From Raja brachyura (taxonomy: Eukaryota), in contig OY740801.1 in NCBI GenBank assembly GCA_963514005.1, forward strand, positions 4,092,001 to 4,156,000: a stretch of DNA of 64,000 nucleotides, read 5' to 3'. Made by a program: the position numbers and the translations under genes. The notes under the pieces were generated by a model, which ran no database searches, had not been told where the DNA came from, and saw nothing but the letters and a program-made list of their open reading frames with translations. Shown here in pieces: positions 52,623 to 62,959 of this stretch; within the stretch, counting starts at the first letter, position 1; every line of letters begins with the position of its first letter.

Positions 52623-53573
52623 TTAATGGCGTAGTCTTTCAGCAGCTGGAGTAATTCAGTGGGACAGGCACCGTCTCTGGAGAGAAGGAATGGGCGACGT
52701 TTGGGTCGAGACCCTTCTTCAGACTGATAAAATTAAAACAATAAAAAGTAGATGTGCATATTTAGCCAGCTGTTTTATGGACATCAAACACGCAACCAAG
52801 CTAACAAAGATTTAAAAGTGTCACTAATGAATTGTATCATTGGTGTAATTCACTTTTGGTCATTTAGTTTAGTTTAGTTTATTCCCACATAAAATCAAAT
52901 TGTTCCTTTGATATCATAAAGATAATTACTGAATATGTGAATTGTAAGTTTTGCCACAGATTAAATTTTACATAATGATGTTAGTAGGGAATTAGGTTGA
53001 ATTAAATTAGGTAATTGAAAGTGGAAATTTATAATAGGGATACACCCACATACATCATAATTGCAGTGTCCCAAAATCTTTGGTTTCTTAAGCACTTACT
53101 TAACTCAAAACTAGAAGGTTTACAATTCTAAATGAAGCACTCTTCCCTTCAATTAAATGTTCAATTAAAACATTCCAAGATTCTAATGTACGCAGTCTTT
53201 TGAGATGGAGATTTAATTGCCACCCTACAGGATGCATCAAGGAACACATACACACAGTATTTTATCTTCAACTTAAAGTACAACAAAAGTGCTACAGTGC
53301 CAACAGAGGCCTACAGTATATTAAACACATTTACTTTCGTTTCAGCTGATATTGAGGCAACTTTGTTAAATAAGCAGGGCAAGGTACAGTTTATGGTTTT
53401 AACTCAGCCCTTGGGAGCAGTTTTGTTCCAGTGGCGTAATCATCACAAAGAAAGCAGAGTTAAGATTCCTGTTAGTGGGGATGTCAAAGGAAAACACTGA
53501 AAAAATTTGCTTCAGAAACAGCATGGTGGGGGGGGGGGGGGGGTTTAATGGCATTGCTGACTTTTTCCAGATA

Positions 53574-55114
53574 CAGTGTGCTTCATAATGTTTGGGACAA
53601 AGACCCACCATGTATACATTTTAGTTTCACCATGCAGAAATTACAGCAGTTTATATATATATACCCCCCATTTCAGGGCACCATAATCTTTGGGACACAG
53701 TTATGCCATGTAAACAAAAGTAGTCATGTTTAGTATTATGATGCATATCCTTTTTCATGCAATGACTGCTTGAAGTTTGCGATTCGTGGACATCACCAGT
53801 TGCATCTTCTCTGGTGATGCTCTGCCAGCCATCTTTAGCTTATGCTTGTTTTGGGGACTAGTCCCCTCAGTTTTATTTTCAGCATAAAAGGCATGCTCAA
53901 TTGGGTTCAGATCGGGTGATTGACTTGGCCACTCAAGAATTTACAATTTTTTAGCTTTGAAAAACTCCTTTGCTGCTTTAGCCGTATGTTCGGGATCATT
54001 GTCTTGCTGTAGAATGAACCGGCGGACAATGAGTTTTCAGGAATTTGTTTGAACTTGTGCAGATAGGGTGTGTCTATACGCTACAGAATTCATTATAGTA
54101 TGACCATCAGCAGTTGTATCATCAATGAAGATAAGTGAGCCAGTACCTTCCGCAGCCATACATGCACAGGTCATAACACCCCCACCACCGTGTTTCACAG
54201 ATGAGGTGGTATGCTTTGGATCTTGGGCAGTTAATTCTCTCCTCCATACTTTGCTCTTGCCATTACTTTGATATTAGTTCATTTTCATCTCATCTGTCCA
54301 CAAGGCCTTTTTTCAGAACTGTGGTTGCTCTTTTAAGTATTTCTTGGCAAACTGTAAACTGGCCATCCTATTTTTGCTGCTAACCAGTGGTTTGCATCTA
54401 GCTCTCTATTGCTCTCTGTATTTCTGTTCATGAAGTCTTCTGCGGACAGTGGTCATTGACATAACCGCACCTGACTCCTGAAGAGTGTTTCTGATCTGTC
54501 GGACAGGTGTTTGGCGATTTTACTTTATTATAGAGAAAATTCTTCTTTCACCAGCTGTGGAGATCTTCCTTGGCCTGCCAGTCCGTTTGCGATTAGTAAG
54601 CTCATCAATGCTCTCTTTCTTCTTAATGATGTTCCAAACAGCTGATTTTGGTAAGCCTAAGGTTTGGCTGATGTCTCTAACAGTTTTATTCTTCTTTCTC
54701 AGTCTCGTAATGGCTTCTTTGACTTTCATTGGCACAACTTTGGTCCTCATGTTGATAAACAGCAATAAAGGTTTCCAAATGTGATGGAAAGACTGGATCA
54801 AAGACTAGGTTCTGAGAGCTTTCTTATACCTGCTTTAAGGAGGCATTTAAACACACCTGAGCAATTACAAACACCTGTGAAGCCATGTGTCCCAAACATA
54901 TGGTGCCCTGAAATGGGGGGACCATCTATGAACACAGCTGCAATTTCTCTGTGGTAAAACCAAAATGTATAAAAAACACCCTTTATTAAAATCTGACAAT
55001 GTGCACTTTAACCACATGTGATTTTTTTTCTCCAATTACAAATCTCAAATTGTGGAGTAAAGAGGCAAATAAATAAATGATGCGTCTTTGTCCGAAACAT
55101 TGTGGAGGGCACCG
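53574..55114 (-). mobile_element. Second copy of the same Tc1 (DD34E) transposon, defective
   Basis: TA flanks and the same TIRs, the lower-coordinate one with an internal deletion. N-terminal MRTKVVPMKVKEAITRL...RKRTGRPRK (paired-like HTH + GRPR). Catalytic QQDNDPEH...WPSQSPDLNPIE has 34 codons between D and E, including one in-frame stop. Confidence 0.93.
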
Positions 55115-55517
55115 TACACACACTCTCCCCTAAGAGTAAACTAGATCCACAAAATAATGATTTATTTCACCGAGCAAAACACAAAGTGCTGGAGGAACCC
55201 AGTGGACGAGGCAGCATCTCTAGAGGGCAATGGACAGGCAATGTTTCGGGTCGGGGCCCTTCTGCAGACTGGTCATAAAGATAATCACTGAAGATACAGA
55301 TTTGGGAGGTTTTGTCACTGCATTAACATTTTTGAAAGATGATTTTAGTAGGGATTTACAGTTTGAATTAAATCAACCAATGTTTTAATCGAAAGCACAC
55401 TGTACACACGCACTATAGGGAGGTTGCACGGCAGTCCAGGTCACGACCCGCGACCCGTACTGTTGCCACGCAACGCCAACTGGAGTACACGCGATGAACT
55501 GCAGGTAAGCACTTACC

Positions 55518-55826
55518 ATGGCTTCCAATGTCACAGACCTGTTAAAAACTGCCAAAATCGTCAATACTTGCGCTGTAAATAATTATGGAAATTGGGGTAA
55601 CTGTGAGAGAAATTTATCCTACTTCAGAATTCCAAAAGTGAGGAGAAATGAGGGTACAGAGAAGCGACAGCTGAAGGGACAACAACAGCTAAAGTGGTTG
55701 GCGAACATTGGCCCTGCAGATATCAAGATTGAAAATATTTGGAATGATCACTTTTGCTCACTGCATTTCATCACAAGTAAGGCATTATTTGTGATTTCTT
55801 TGGTATCTAAAAAGTTTCAAAAGTGA
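55518..55826 (+). pseudogene. THAP zinc-finger domain remnant (left arm)
   Basis: IVNTCAVNNYGN...SYFRIPKV...KWLANIG...FCSLHFI. The second Cys is replaced by Tyr. A GTAAG donor-like site follows the HF motif. Confidence 0.7.
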
Positions 55827-56425
55827 TAAAGCTGGCTGTAAAATTTAAAAATCGCCCATGGTTCTCAAGTGGGTTTTTACATGCAAAAATAAAATGTTTC
55901 TGAAGATAAATTTATCATTTTAAATCACAAACCATACGTGGGTTTTGAATTACATTTTACTCAGATGCAAGCCAAGGAATGGATTAATTGTTAGTTGTTA
56001 ATTGGACATAATCAACCTCAGATATTGACAATATCTTTGAAAGGGAGTGGGTGTTCAAGCTGTCAGGACATTTTATTATTTGCCAAAATATACATCACAA
56101 TAACTTAATGACAGAAAACTTACTTTTCCACACACCACTCGTTAAGTCTGATAAATTTAGCTCCAGAAGGATTTTCTTTTTCTAAATTGTCAATTTATTG
56201 AGGTTGATTATGTCCAATTAACAGCTAACAATTATGCCATTCCTTCGCTTGCATCCGAGTAAAATGTAATTCAAAACCACATATTGTTTACGATTTTTTT
56301 TCTTTTTGCATGTAAAAACCCACTTGAGAACCATGGGCGATTAAAAAAATTTACAGCCAGATTTATCACTACTGAAACTTTTTGGATACCCAAGGAATTA
56401 AGAAAAAACACAAATAATGCCTTAC

Positions 56426-56645
56426 TTTTGATGAAATGCAGTGAGCAAACGCAATAATTCCCAATATTTTCAATGTTGATATCTATACGGCCAATGTTCG
56501 CCAACCACTTTAGCTGTTGTTGTTCCTTCAGCTGTCACTTCTCTCTACCATCATTTCACCTCACGTTTGGAATTCTGAAGTAGGATAGATGTCTCTCACG
56601 GTTACCCCGATTTCCACAATTATTTACAACGCAAAATTGACCGTT
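56426..56645 (-). pseudogene. THAP zinc-finger domain remnant (right arm)
   Basis: CVVNNCGNRGNRERHLSYFRIPNVR*NDGREK*QLKEQQQLKWLANIGRIDINIENIGNYCVCSLHFIK, followed by gtaagg. It has two in-frame TGA stops and no intact start. Confidence 0.7.
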
Positions 56646-56785
56646 TCGGCAGTTTTAAACAGGTAAGAAAGTACGTGTTTCGTGTATTAACAGTGTAGGC
56701 CGGAAGCTGCCATGTCCTCCACATGGATCGAGTCGTTCAATGCGTCGTGCCCTTTGACCCGATTACCTTATGTGCAACCCCTTAT

Positions 56786-57375
56786 ACACATGTACACACG
56801 CACAATGCACACGTACACACACAACACACAGTATACACACACAATTTACATGTAGACGCAATGAACACACACGCAATGTACACACAATACACATTACACA
56901 TGTATACACACACACAATGTACACACACAATTTACATGTACACGCAATGAACACACACACAATGTACACACACGATACACATGTACACACAATTTACATG
57001 TACACGCAATGAACACACACAATACACATGTACACACACAATGTACATACAATTTACATGAACACACAATGAACACACACACGATGTACACGCAAAATAC
57101 ACACACAACGTACACAGACGCAATGTACACACACGCAATGTACATGTAAACACACACAATAGACATGTACCTGTATACACACACAATATACACACACAAT
57201 GTACATACAATTTACATGAACACGCAATGAACACACACACATGATGTACATGCAATGAACACACACACACACGATGTACACGCAAAATACACACACAACG
57301 TACACACACGCAATGTACATGTAAACAAACACAATAGACATGTACCTATATACACACACACACACACACTATACA
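56786..57375. repeat. Compound (CA)n-rich minisatellite with AATGTAC/AATGAAC units
   Basis: About 590 bp of mostly alternating CA/TG/TA, with higher-order re-duplicated blocks (e.g. GATGTACACGCAAAATACACACACAACGTACAC at ~57083 and ~57273). Confidence 0.95.
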
Positions 57376-57384
57376 CGTATGTAC

Positions 57385-57657
57385 CTTAATGACATTTTCG
57401 AAGATAGTGTCCCTGAACTCCTCCAGTGCCTTGCTGTCGAAGTCCTTGCCGTGGATGATCCTCATCTGCTTGAGGAAGGTGCTCTTGCCGCTCTCGCCGG
57501 CGCCGAGCAGCAGGATCTTGACCAGGCGCCTCACGTAGCGCCGTTCGCGGGCCAGCGACGCGTCGATCTGTCGGCTGCGGCGGCGCTGCGCCCGCTCACT
57601 CTGGCTGGAGCGGCAGGCGGGGAAACAGGCGCCGAGGCGCTGCACCAGCTCCGCCAT
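57385..57657 (-). CDS. GNA12: GNA12 coding exon 1 (91 aa, N-terminal helix and P-loop)
   Basis: ATG at 57657 is in strong Kozak context (gagATGG). Encodes [15 protein letters not shown]...[27 protein letters not shown]...[11 protein letters not shown], then the donor AAG|gtacat. The ORF-track start at 57774 is a TTG. Confidence 0.95.
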
Positions 57658-58530
57658 CTCCCTCTCCGTCTCCCCTAGCCTCCAAACAATGGCGAACGAA
57701 GCCTCGCCGAAAACCCCGCTCGGGGACAGATGACAGATTACAAATTCAGACCCAGTCAGGGGGGGGAAAAACAATATTTTAAGTTTTAAACTTTAAAAGT
57801 GTGGTGTTCGCCTCAAGGGGAAACCCTGCCGCCTCCTCCCCATTCATTCGCCAACTGACGGACGAAAACTTCACTGGAAGTGGGCGGGATCTTCTCTCCA
57901 CCCGCCCCGCCTCTGATTGGTCGCCCCGCCCCATCCGCCTCCGCCAACACCCACGTCCATTGGTCAGTCATCCCGCCCGTCAAACAGGTGGGCGGGCCTT
58001 CTGCCGTCCGTCCGAACTTCCCATTGGTCGCGACCGCCGTCAATCATCAGAGGAGGGCGGGTGCACACGGCATCGGGAACGTCCCCCCGGTCCGATTGGT
58101 GAAACTCGCCGTCAATCACCCTCCTCAGTCGCCGATTGGACGAGTCGACAGTCAATCAGCCCCCCTAAAGCTGCTGTGATTTATAAACGTATCAACCGTC
58201 AAAACTATTAAGTTTTCTGCTCGAGAGTAGGTTCATACGGTGCATCGACGATGTTTGCTTCGTAGTTTCAGTAGGGTGTTGGTCGAAAATCCGAGTTTAA
58301 CTCTAGTTTTGGAGCTGCCACACCCTTAGTCTGAAGGGAGGGAGGGGGGCGGGACCCCCGCAATCACCGTTTCCCATTGGCCAAGAGCTCGTGGCAGCGT
58401 AGCCAATGGGCCGATCGTTCACATCAAATTGACTCAATCATCTTACAACGCCGCTACACATTGGACGTTAGCACTGCCCATCGTTCAGCCTCCTCCAATG
58501 GTGAGATGGCAGGGGGGCGGGACCTATGCA
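57400..58530 (-). promoter_or_regulatory. GNA12: CpG-island promoter / 5' region of GNA12
   Basis: Sharp rise in GC and CpG content over exon 1 and upstream. Contains multiple GC boxes (CCCCGCCC/GGGCGGG at ~57881, 57903, 57924, 58346, 58513), at least eight CCAAT/ATTGG boxes and TGACTCA at 58430-58436. No TATA box near the likely start. Confidence 0.85.
58023..58158 (-). promoter_or_regulatory. Three composite TGATTGAC-N11-CCAAT modules (PBX/PKNOX-type site + NF-Y site)
   Basis: Plus strand ATTGG-N11-GTCAATCA at 58023-58046, 58095-58118 and 58135-58158. The spacer is exactly 11 nt each time, with different spacer sequences. Confidence 0.75.
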
Positions 58531-58736
58531 GGAGGCCAAGTTGCACCTGAAGTCATCCCAACAAAAGTGCCAAACTCATCACCTGGCCAGTGCCTGGCAT
58601 TCCTGGCATTGCTCAGAGGAAGATAGTAGGGGCTCTCAATAATGGTCCCAGTTTTTAATCAGTCCTTTACATTCCAGGTTTTACCTGGCTCATCTCCTCT
58701 CCCATTTGCTTTCAACTAAGGGCAAGGGTTAATATA

Positions 58737-58921
58737 TTTAAGAAGGAACTGCAGATGCTGGAAAATCGATGGTAGACAAAAATGTTGGAGAAACTCAGCG
58801 GGTGAGGCAGCATCTATGGAGCAAATGAAATAGGCAACGTTTTGACACGAAACGTTGCCTATTTCCTTCGCTCCATAGATGCTGCCTCACCCGCTGAGTT
58901 TCTCCAGCATTTTTGCCTACC
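58737..58921. mobile_element. Penelope-like terminal-repeat fragment, fold-back
   Basis: Arms 58771-58842 and 58850-58921 are reverse complements with few mismatches. Confidence 0.7.
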
Positions 58922-59206
58922 AATGGTTAATGTATATCTGTTACACAGAAACATAGAAAATAGGTGCAGGAGGAGGCCATTTGGCCCTTCGAAGCTTCAC
59001 CGCCATTCATTGTGGTCACGGCTAATCAAGCAATTACAAGCAGTAACCCGTGCTTGCCTTCTTCCCATATCGCTTGATTCTGCTAGCCTCTAGAGCTTTA
59101 TCTGTGCTGCTGCAAGTAAGAATGTAATTGCTCTATCTGGGACATGTGACAATAGAACACTCTTGACCTCTTTGGTGACCCTCGGACTATACTTGATTGG
59201 ACTTTG

Positions 59207-59344
59207 TGTAGGAAGGAACTGCAGATACTGGATTACAATTTGGGCCGAGGGTAGTCACAAATTGCTGGAGTAACTCAGCGAGACAGGCAGCATCTCTGGA
59301 TAGAAGGAATGGGTGATGTTTCGGGTCGAGACCCATCTTCAGAC
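59207..59344 (-). mobile_element. Penelope-like repeat nested in a Rex1-type 3' UTR
   Basis: Interrupts GGACTTTG|CTGGCTTTACC, which is intact at ~49757. Minus-strand core is CTGAAGA-T-GGGTCTCGACCC-GAAA-CATC. Confidence 0.7.
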
Positions 59345-61074
59345 GTTGCTGGCTTTACCTTGCACTAAACGTTATTCCCTTATTATGTATCTATACACTG
59401 AAAATGGCTTGATACACATGACAATAAACTAAACTGGACTGAAATCAAGAAAGTTATGATGAATAAGTTTATCGGCCAAGTATATTCACATACAAGGAAT
59501 TTGCCTTGGTGCTCCGCCCGCAAGTGACAACATGACATACAGTGACAACATGGCATACATATGTACATTAGAGTATGAAGAACAGTCTCGGCTGAGCAGA
59601 GCCTGCCCTGTTGAGGCACTTTGTGTCCTTTTGTGTATTAGCCAGCATCTGCAGTCCTTCTCTACAAGTTACATTTATATAGTGCCTGTTGTTGAAGCAA
59701 ATACCAACAGGCACATCAGTAAGGGGTTGGTGGGTGAGAAGCAGTACAGATGGAGATGTTATCTTCAGATCACAGAACAGGTCATATAATTGCTCCAGCT
59801 CTACCCTCTCCTCTTCCCTCAGCCCCACCAAGATTTGCACCCATTTCTCCCCTTCCCCTTCCCTCCATCCCCTTCCACCTATATTCCTTCCCCTGGCTTA
59901 ACAAATCTCACACTTTTTGTGCCTTGGGACTTTGTTTTTTGCACTGTTGTTTTTATTATTTATTGAACTTTTTTATGTTTATAGGTCCATTATGCTACAA
60001 CAAGTAAGAATTTAGTTGTTCTATTGTCAGTACCTATGACAATTAAACACTCTTGAATTCTCTTGTCTAAATGACTGCAGTAAGGACTATTTCCGCTAGT
60101 ATTGGGGTTATTAATTTATAGATTACTGTGTCTATACTGGGTAGATCGACCCCTTCAACCAAAATTCAACCCCACTGTGGACGGCTTGATTGTAATCGTT
60201 TATAGTAATTTCACTGACTGGTTAGCACGCAACAGAAGCTTTTCACTCACTGTGCCTCGGTACACGTGACAATAATAAACAAAGTTAAACTAAACTCTTG
60301 CGTGCTGCTCCCAGAAGAGGATTTACTATCATCTACTACAATCGTTCCACTCTTTTAAATCTCCAATCTCTTTGCACTACATGTTGTACTTGCATATGGC
60401 CTGATTAAGTAATTTTATAGTTCTGTTTTTCCCTTCTCTGAGAGGCTGGATAAGTTTGATATCAATGGCCTGTGCTTTGAGACACTTTGCTCTGCAGGTA
60501 ATTTTGGTGGGTAATTGAGCAGGTCTGATTTTCCACTTGTTGAAGAGACTCAATTATTTGGCCACAAAGGTCATTTTTTCTCAAATTACTTATCTGCACA
60601 AGACTGAAGCATACGTCAGTAAATAATGATTAGTAGAACAATTCAGTTTGGGCATATTTTAGATGCCCGTGACCATTTAACTTGGCCATGCTTGTAACTT
60701 AGGAGATAATAAAACTGCTGCCCTAAGTTTCCAGCTCATTTCACCTTTTCAGAGTCCAATAGTGACATCACTTGCATGTATGAGGTTCTTATTTTTAAAT
60801 CTACCAAATAAGGCAATAAAGAGAGAACGAGATAGAACAGAACAAGATTTTTCTTAAATAGAGACACAAGGAACGTCAGATGTCATCCTCCCACAGGGGT
60901 CAAGGAAAGAGCGTTCATGTCGCGGCCCTGTTTCTACTAATCTTTCCACCACCACGCACAAGAAGCAACAAGACAGACACCATTGTATGCAGATGCCGAA
61001 AAGTGTGTTCAGCTCTGGCTGAACCACTTCTAAACTTGTGTGTGGACTCAATAAGAAGATCCTCTCACAACCTA

Positions 61075-61330
61075 CCACATTAATCATCCTACCACTAACA
61101 GAGACCAGTCCTGAACTACTATCTACCTCATAGGTGACCCTCGGACTATCCTTGATCAGACTTTGCTGGCTTTACCTTGCACTAAATGTTATTCCCTTAT
61201 CATGTGTACCCATACCCTATAAATGGATCAATTGTAATAATGTATAGACTTTCCACTGACTGGATAGCACGCAACAAAAGCTTTTCACTGTACCTCGGTA
61301 CACGTGACAATAAACCAAATGGACTGACTG
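61075..61330 (+). mobile_element. Rex1-type 3' UTR copy (same family as 49680-49926; further pieces at 59165-59440 and 60170-60295)
   Basis: Directly visible similarity to 49680-49926. Confidence 0.8.
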
Positions 61331-61682
61331 ATGTTGTAACCTTCAGCAAAATGCAAAGTGCTAGAGGAATTCAGAGAGTCAGGCAACATCTGTGGAGGGA
61401 AATGGTCAGGTGAAATTTTGGGTCGGGACTCTAGATTTTTCTTAATGTTCATGCTGTTTCAACTGATTTTAAATAACTTATGAGATTTATATTACTTTCA
61501 TATTTCATATTTGGTCTCTAAATAATGTGGTAATAACTTCAACATCTCTAACGGTCTAAGGAAAGAGATCTTGGTGAATAGTGATGGGTTTCATTTTGTT
61601 TGCTAGACTATTATTCAGGTGAATGGAGCGCAGAAAATGTGGGGTGATCTTATAGAGGTGTATAAAATGATGTAGAGTGAAT

Positions 61683-61840
61683 GGGCAGCACGGTGGCACA
61701 GCGGTAGAGTTACTGCCTTATAGCGCTTATAGTGCCAGAGACCCGGGTTCGATCCCGACTACGGCTGCTGTCTATAAGGAGTTTGTACGTTCTCCCCGTG
61801 ACCGTGTGGGTTTCCTCCCATACTGCAAAGACATACAAGT
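61683..61840 (+). mobile_element. HE1-like SINE 5' part, nested in a CR1 remnant
   Basis: GGTGGCACAGCGGTAGAG...CCGGGTTCGATCCCG...GGAGTTTGTACGTTCTCCCCGTG. Confidence 0.8.
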
Positions 61841-62959
61841 CCAGAGCGCAGTGTATACTTTCTCACCAATGTAGTTCCACAGGAGAAGTTCAATATCTGC
61901 AATGATGTGGGTTGGGAATTTGGGACTGTGCTTGCATCCTAGTTATGGAATGACACTGATAACAGAGGAGATGTTCTCAAGTCTAGTGGGTGTGCTTTCA
62001 AGCTTCTGCACCTTCTGCCCAACGGGAATGCGGAGAAGAAGGAATGTCCGGGATGGTATAATGCCAATTATTTATGGCATATAGGAAACGGACATTTTAA
62101 TCTGTTGCTGTCAGAGATTTATGTAAGGAACTAGGAACCAAAGGAAACAATTGTTGAATATGTCAGTAAATTCTTGAAGGAACTGGTTAAAATGGTGCAT
62201 TTTCCACATCTTACTCAATCAGCAGGTAGTGAGTTTGGAGAATGCATGCAAAGCTATTTGATGGACTGGATTTAACATTAAGCAGAACATATGCATATAT
62301 ATCTACCATAATGGAAATGGTGCATGAAATGTGACACCTTTTGCTGAGTTGTTGCACCAGACATCAACATTACCTGTTCTTTACGGCCTTCAATAATATT
62401 CTGTTGATAGCTTTATTATCTGTTATTTGCAAGCAGCAACAACAGCAGAGTATGCAGACACCACAAGGTTCAATAAAATTATCCTTTGACTTGCAATTAG
62501 TTATTTTTATGGTTTGCGACCACTCTCTTGCATGGATGAAAAATATTTCATCCATTAACTAACTGAGTTGATATAACTTCTCTGATGTGGCATTTTTCCA
62601 TAAAACTGCTTTTCACAGGCAATTGGAAAAGACTTTGAGGCGTGTGTGCATGATCGAATTAACGAGGGTTAGAAATCCAAGAAAGACTGAGTGCTTGCAA
62701 ATACCCAGGACTCTCTGCACGCCTGAACTGTCAGAGGTAATTTAATCGCGTCTTTTACTTCGTTATAGGCATTTTACCAAATGTATTGATTTTAGTAAAT
62801 GAATATGAGGTCGATAACAGTTTACCAAATCGTGAGAATGGACTTCTGTTCATTTTGAAGTGGATTTTTTCCATGACAAATGTTACGAAATGAGCACATT
62901 CCAAATTTTGCTTTTACTATTTTTTTTAATTTGGGGGAGAAAAAGTAACACCATCATCA

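Larger units (their letters stand above)
55417..56783. mobile_element. Fold-back DNA element with two inverted THAP-domain pseudo-exons (ISL2EU/Harbinger-like, non-autonomous)
   Basis: Ends are AT|AGGGAGGTTGCAC ... GTGCAACCCCTT|AT. Internal inverted arms are 55537-56032 and 56186-56664. Both arms translate to a THAP-like C-x4-C...SYFRIP...KWLANI...CSLHF sequence. Confidence 0.75.

Noticed and set aside
56723-57365. Cys/Val- and His/Thr-rich ORFs
   Set aside because: They are translations of the (CA)n minisatellite.
56786-57375. CRISPR-like array
   Set aside because: Low-complexity units with no unique spacers, in a eukaryotic intron with no cas genes.
7226-57657. Calling the gene GNA13
   Set aside because: [44 protein letters not shown] and the [11 protein letters not shown]-terminus are Galpha12-type, despite a few Galpha13-like residues.
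57658-57774. ORF-track N-terminal extension MFFPPLTG... of exon 1
   Set aside because: It starts at TTG and does not resemble Galpha proteins. The ATG at 57657 has strong Kozak context and gives the expected Cys11.
57801-58211. 136-aa plus-strand ORF and neighbours over the promoter
   Set aside because: Stop-poor GC-rich CpG-island sequence with no recognisable protein features.
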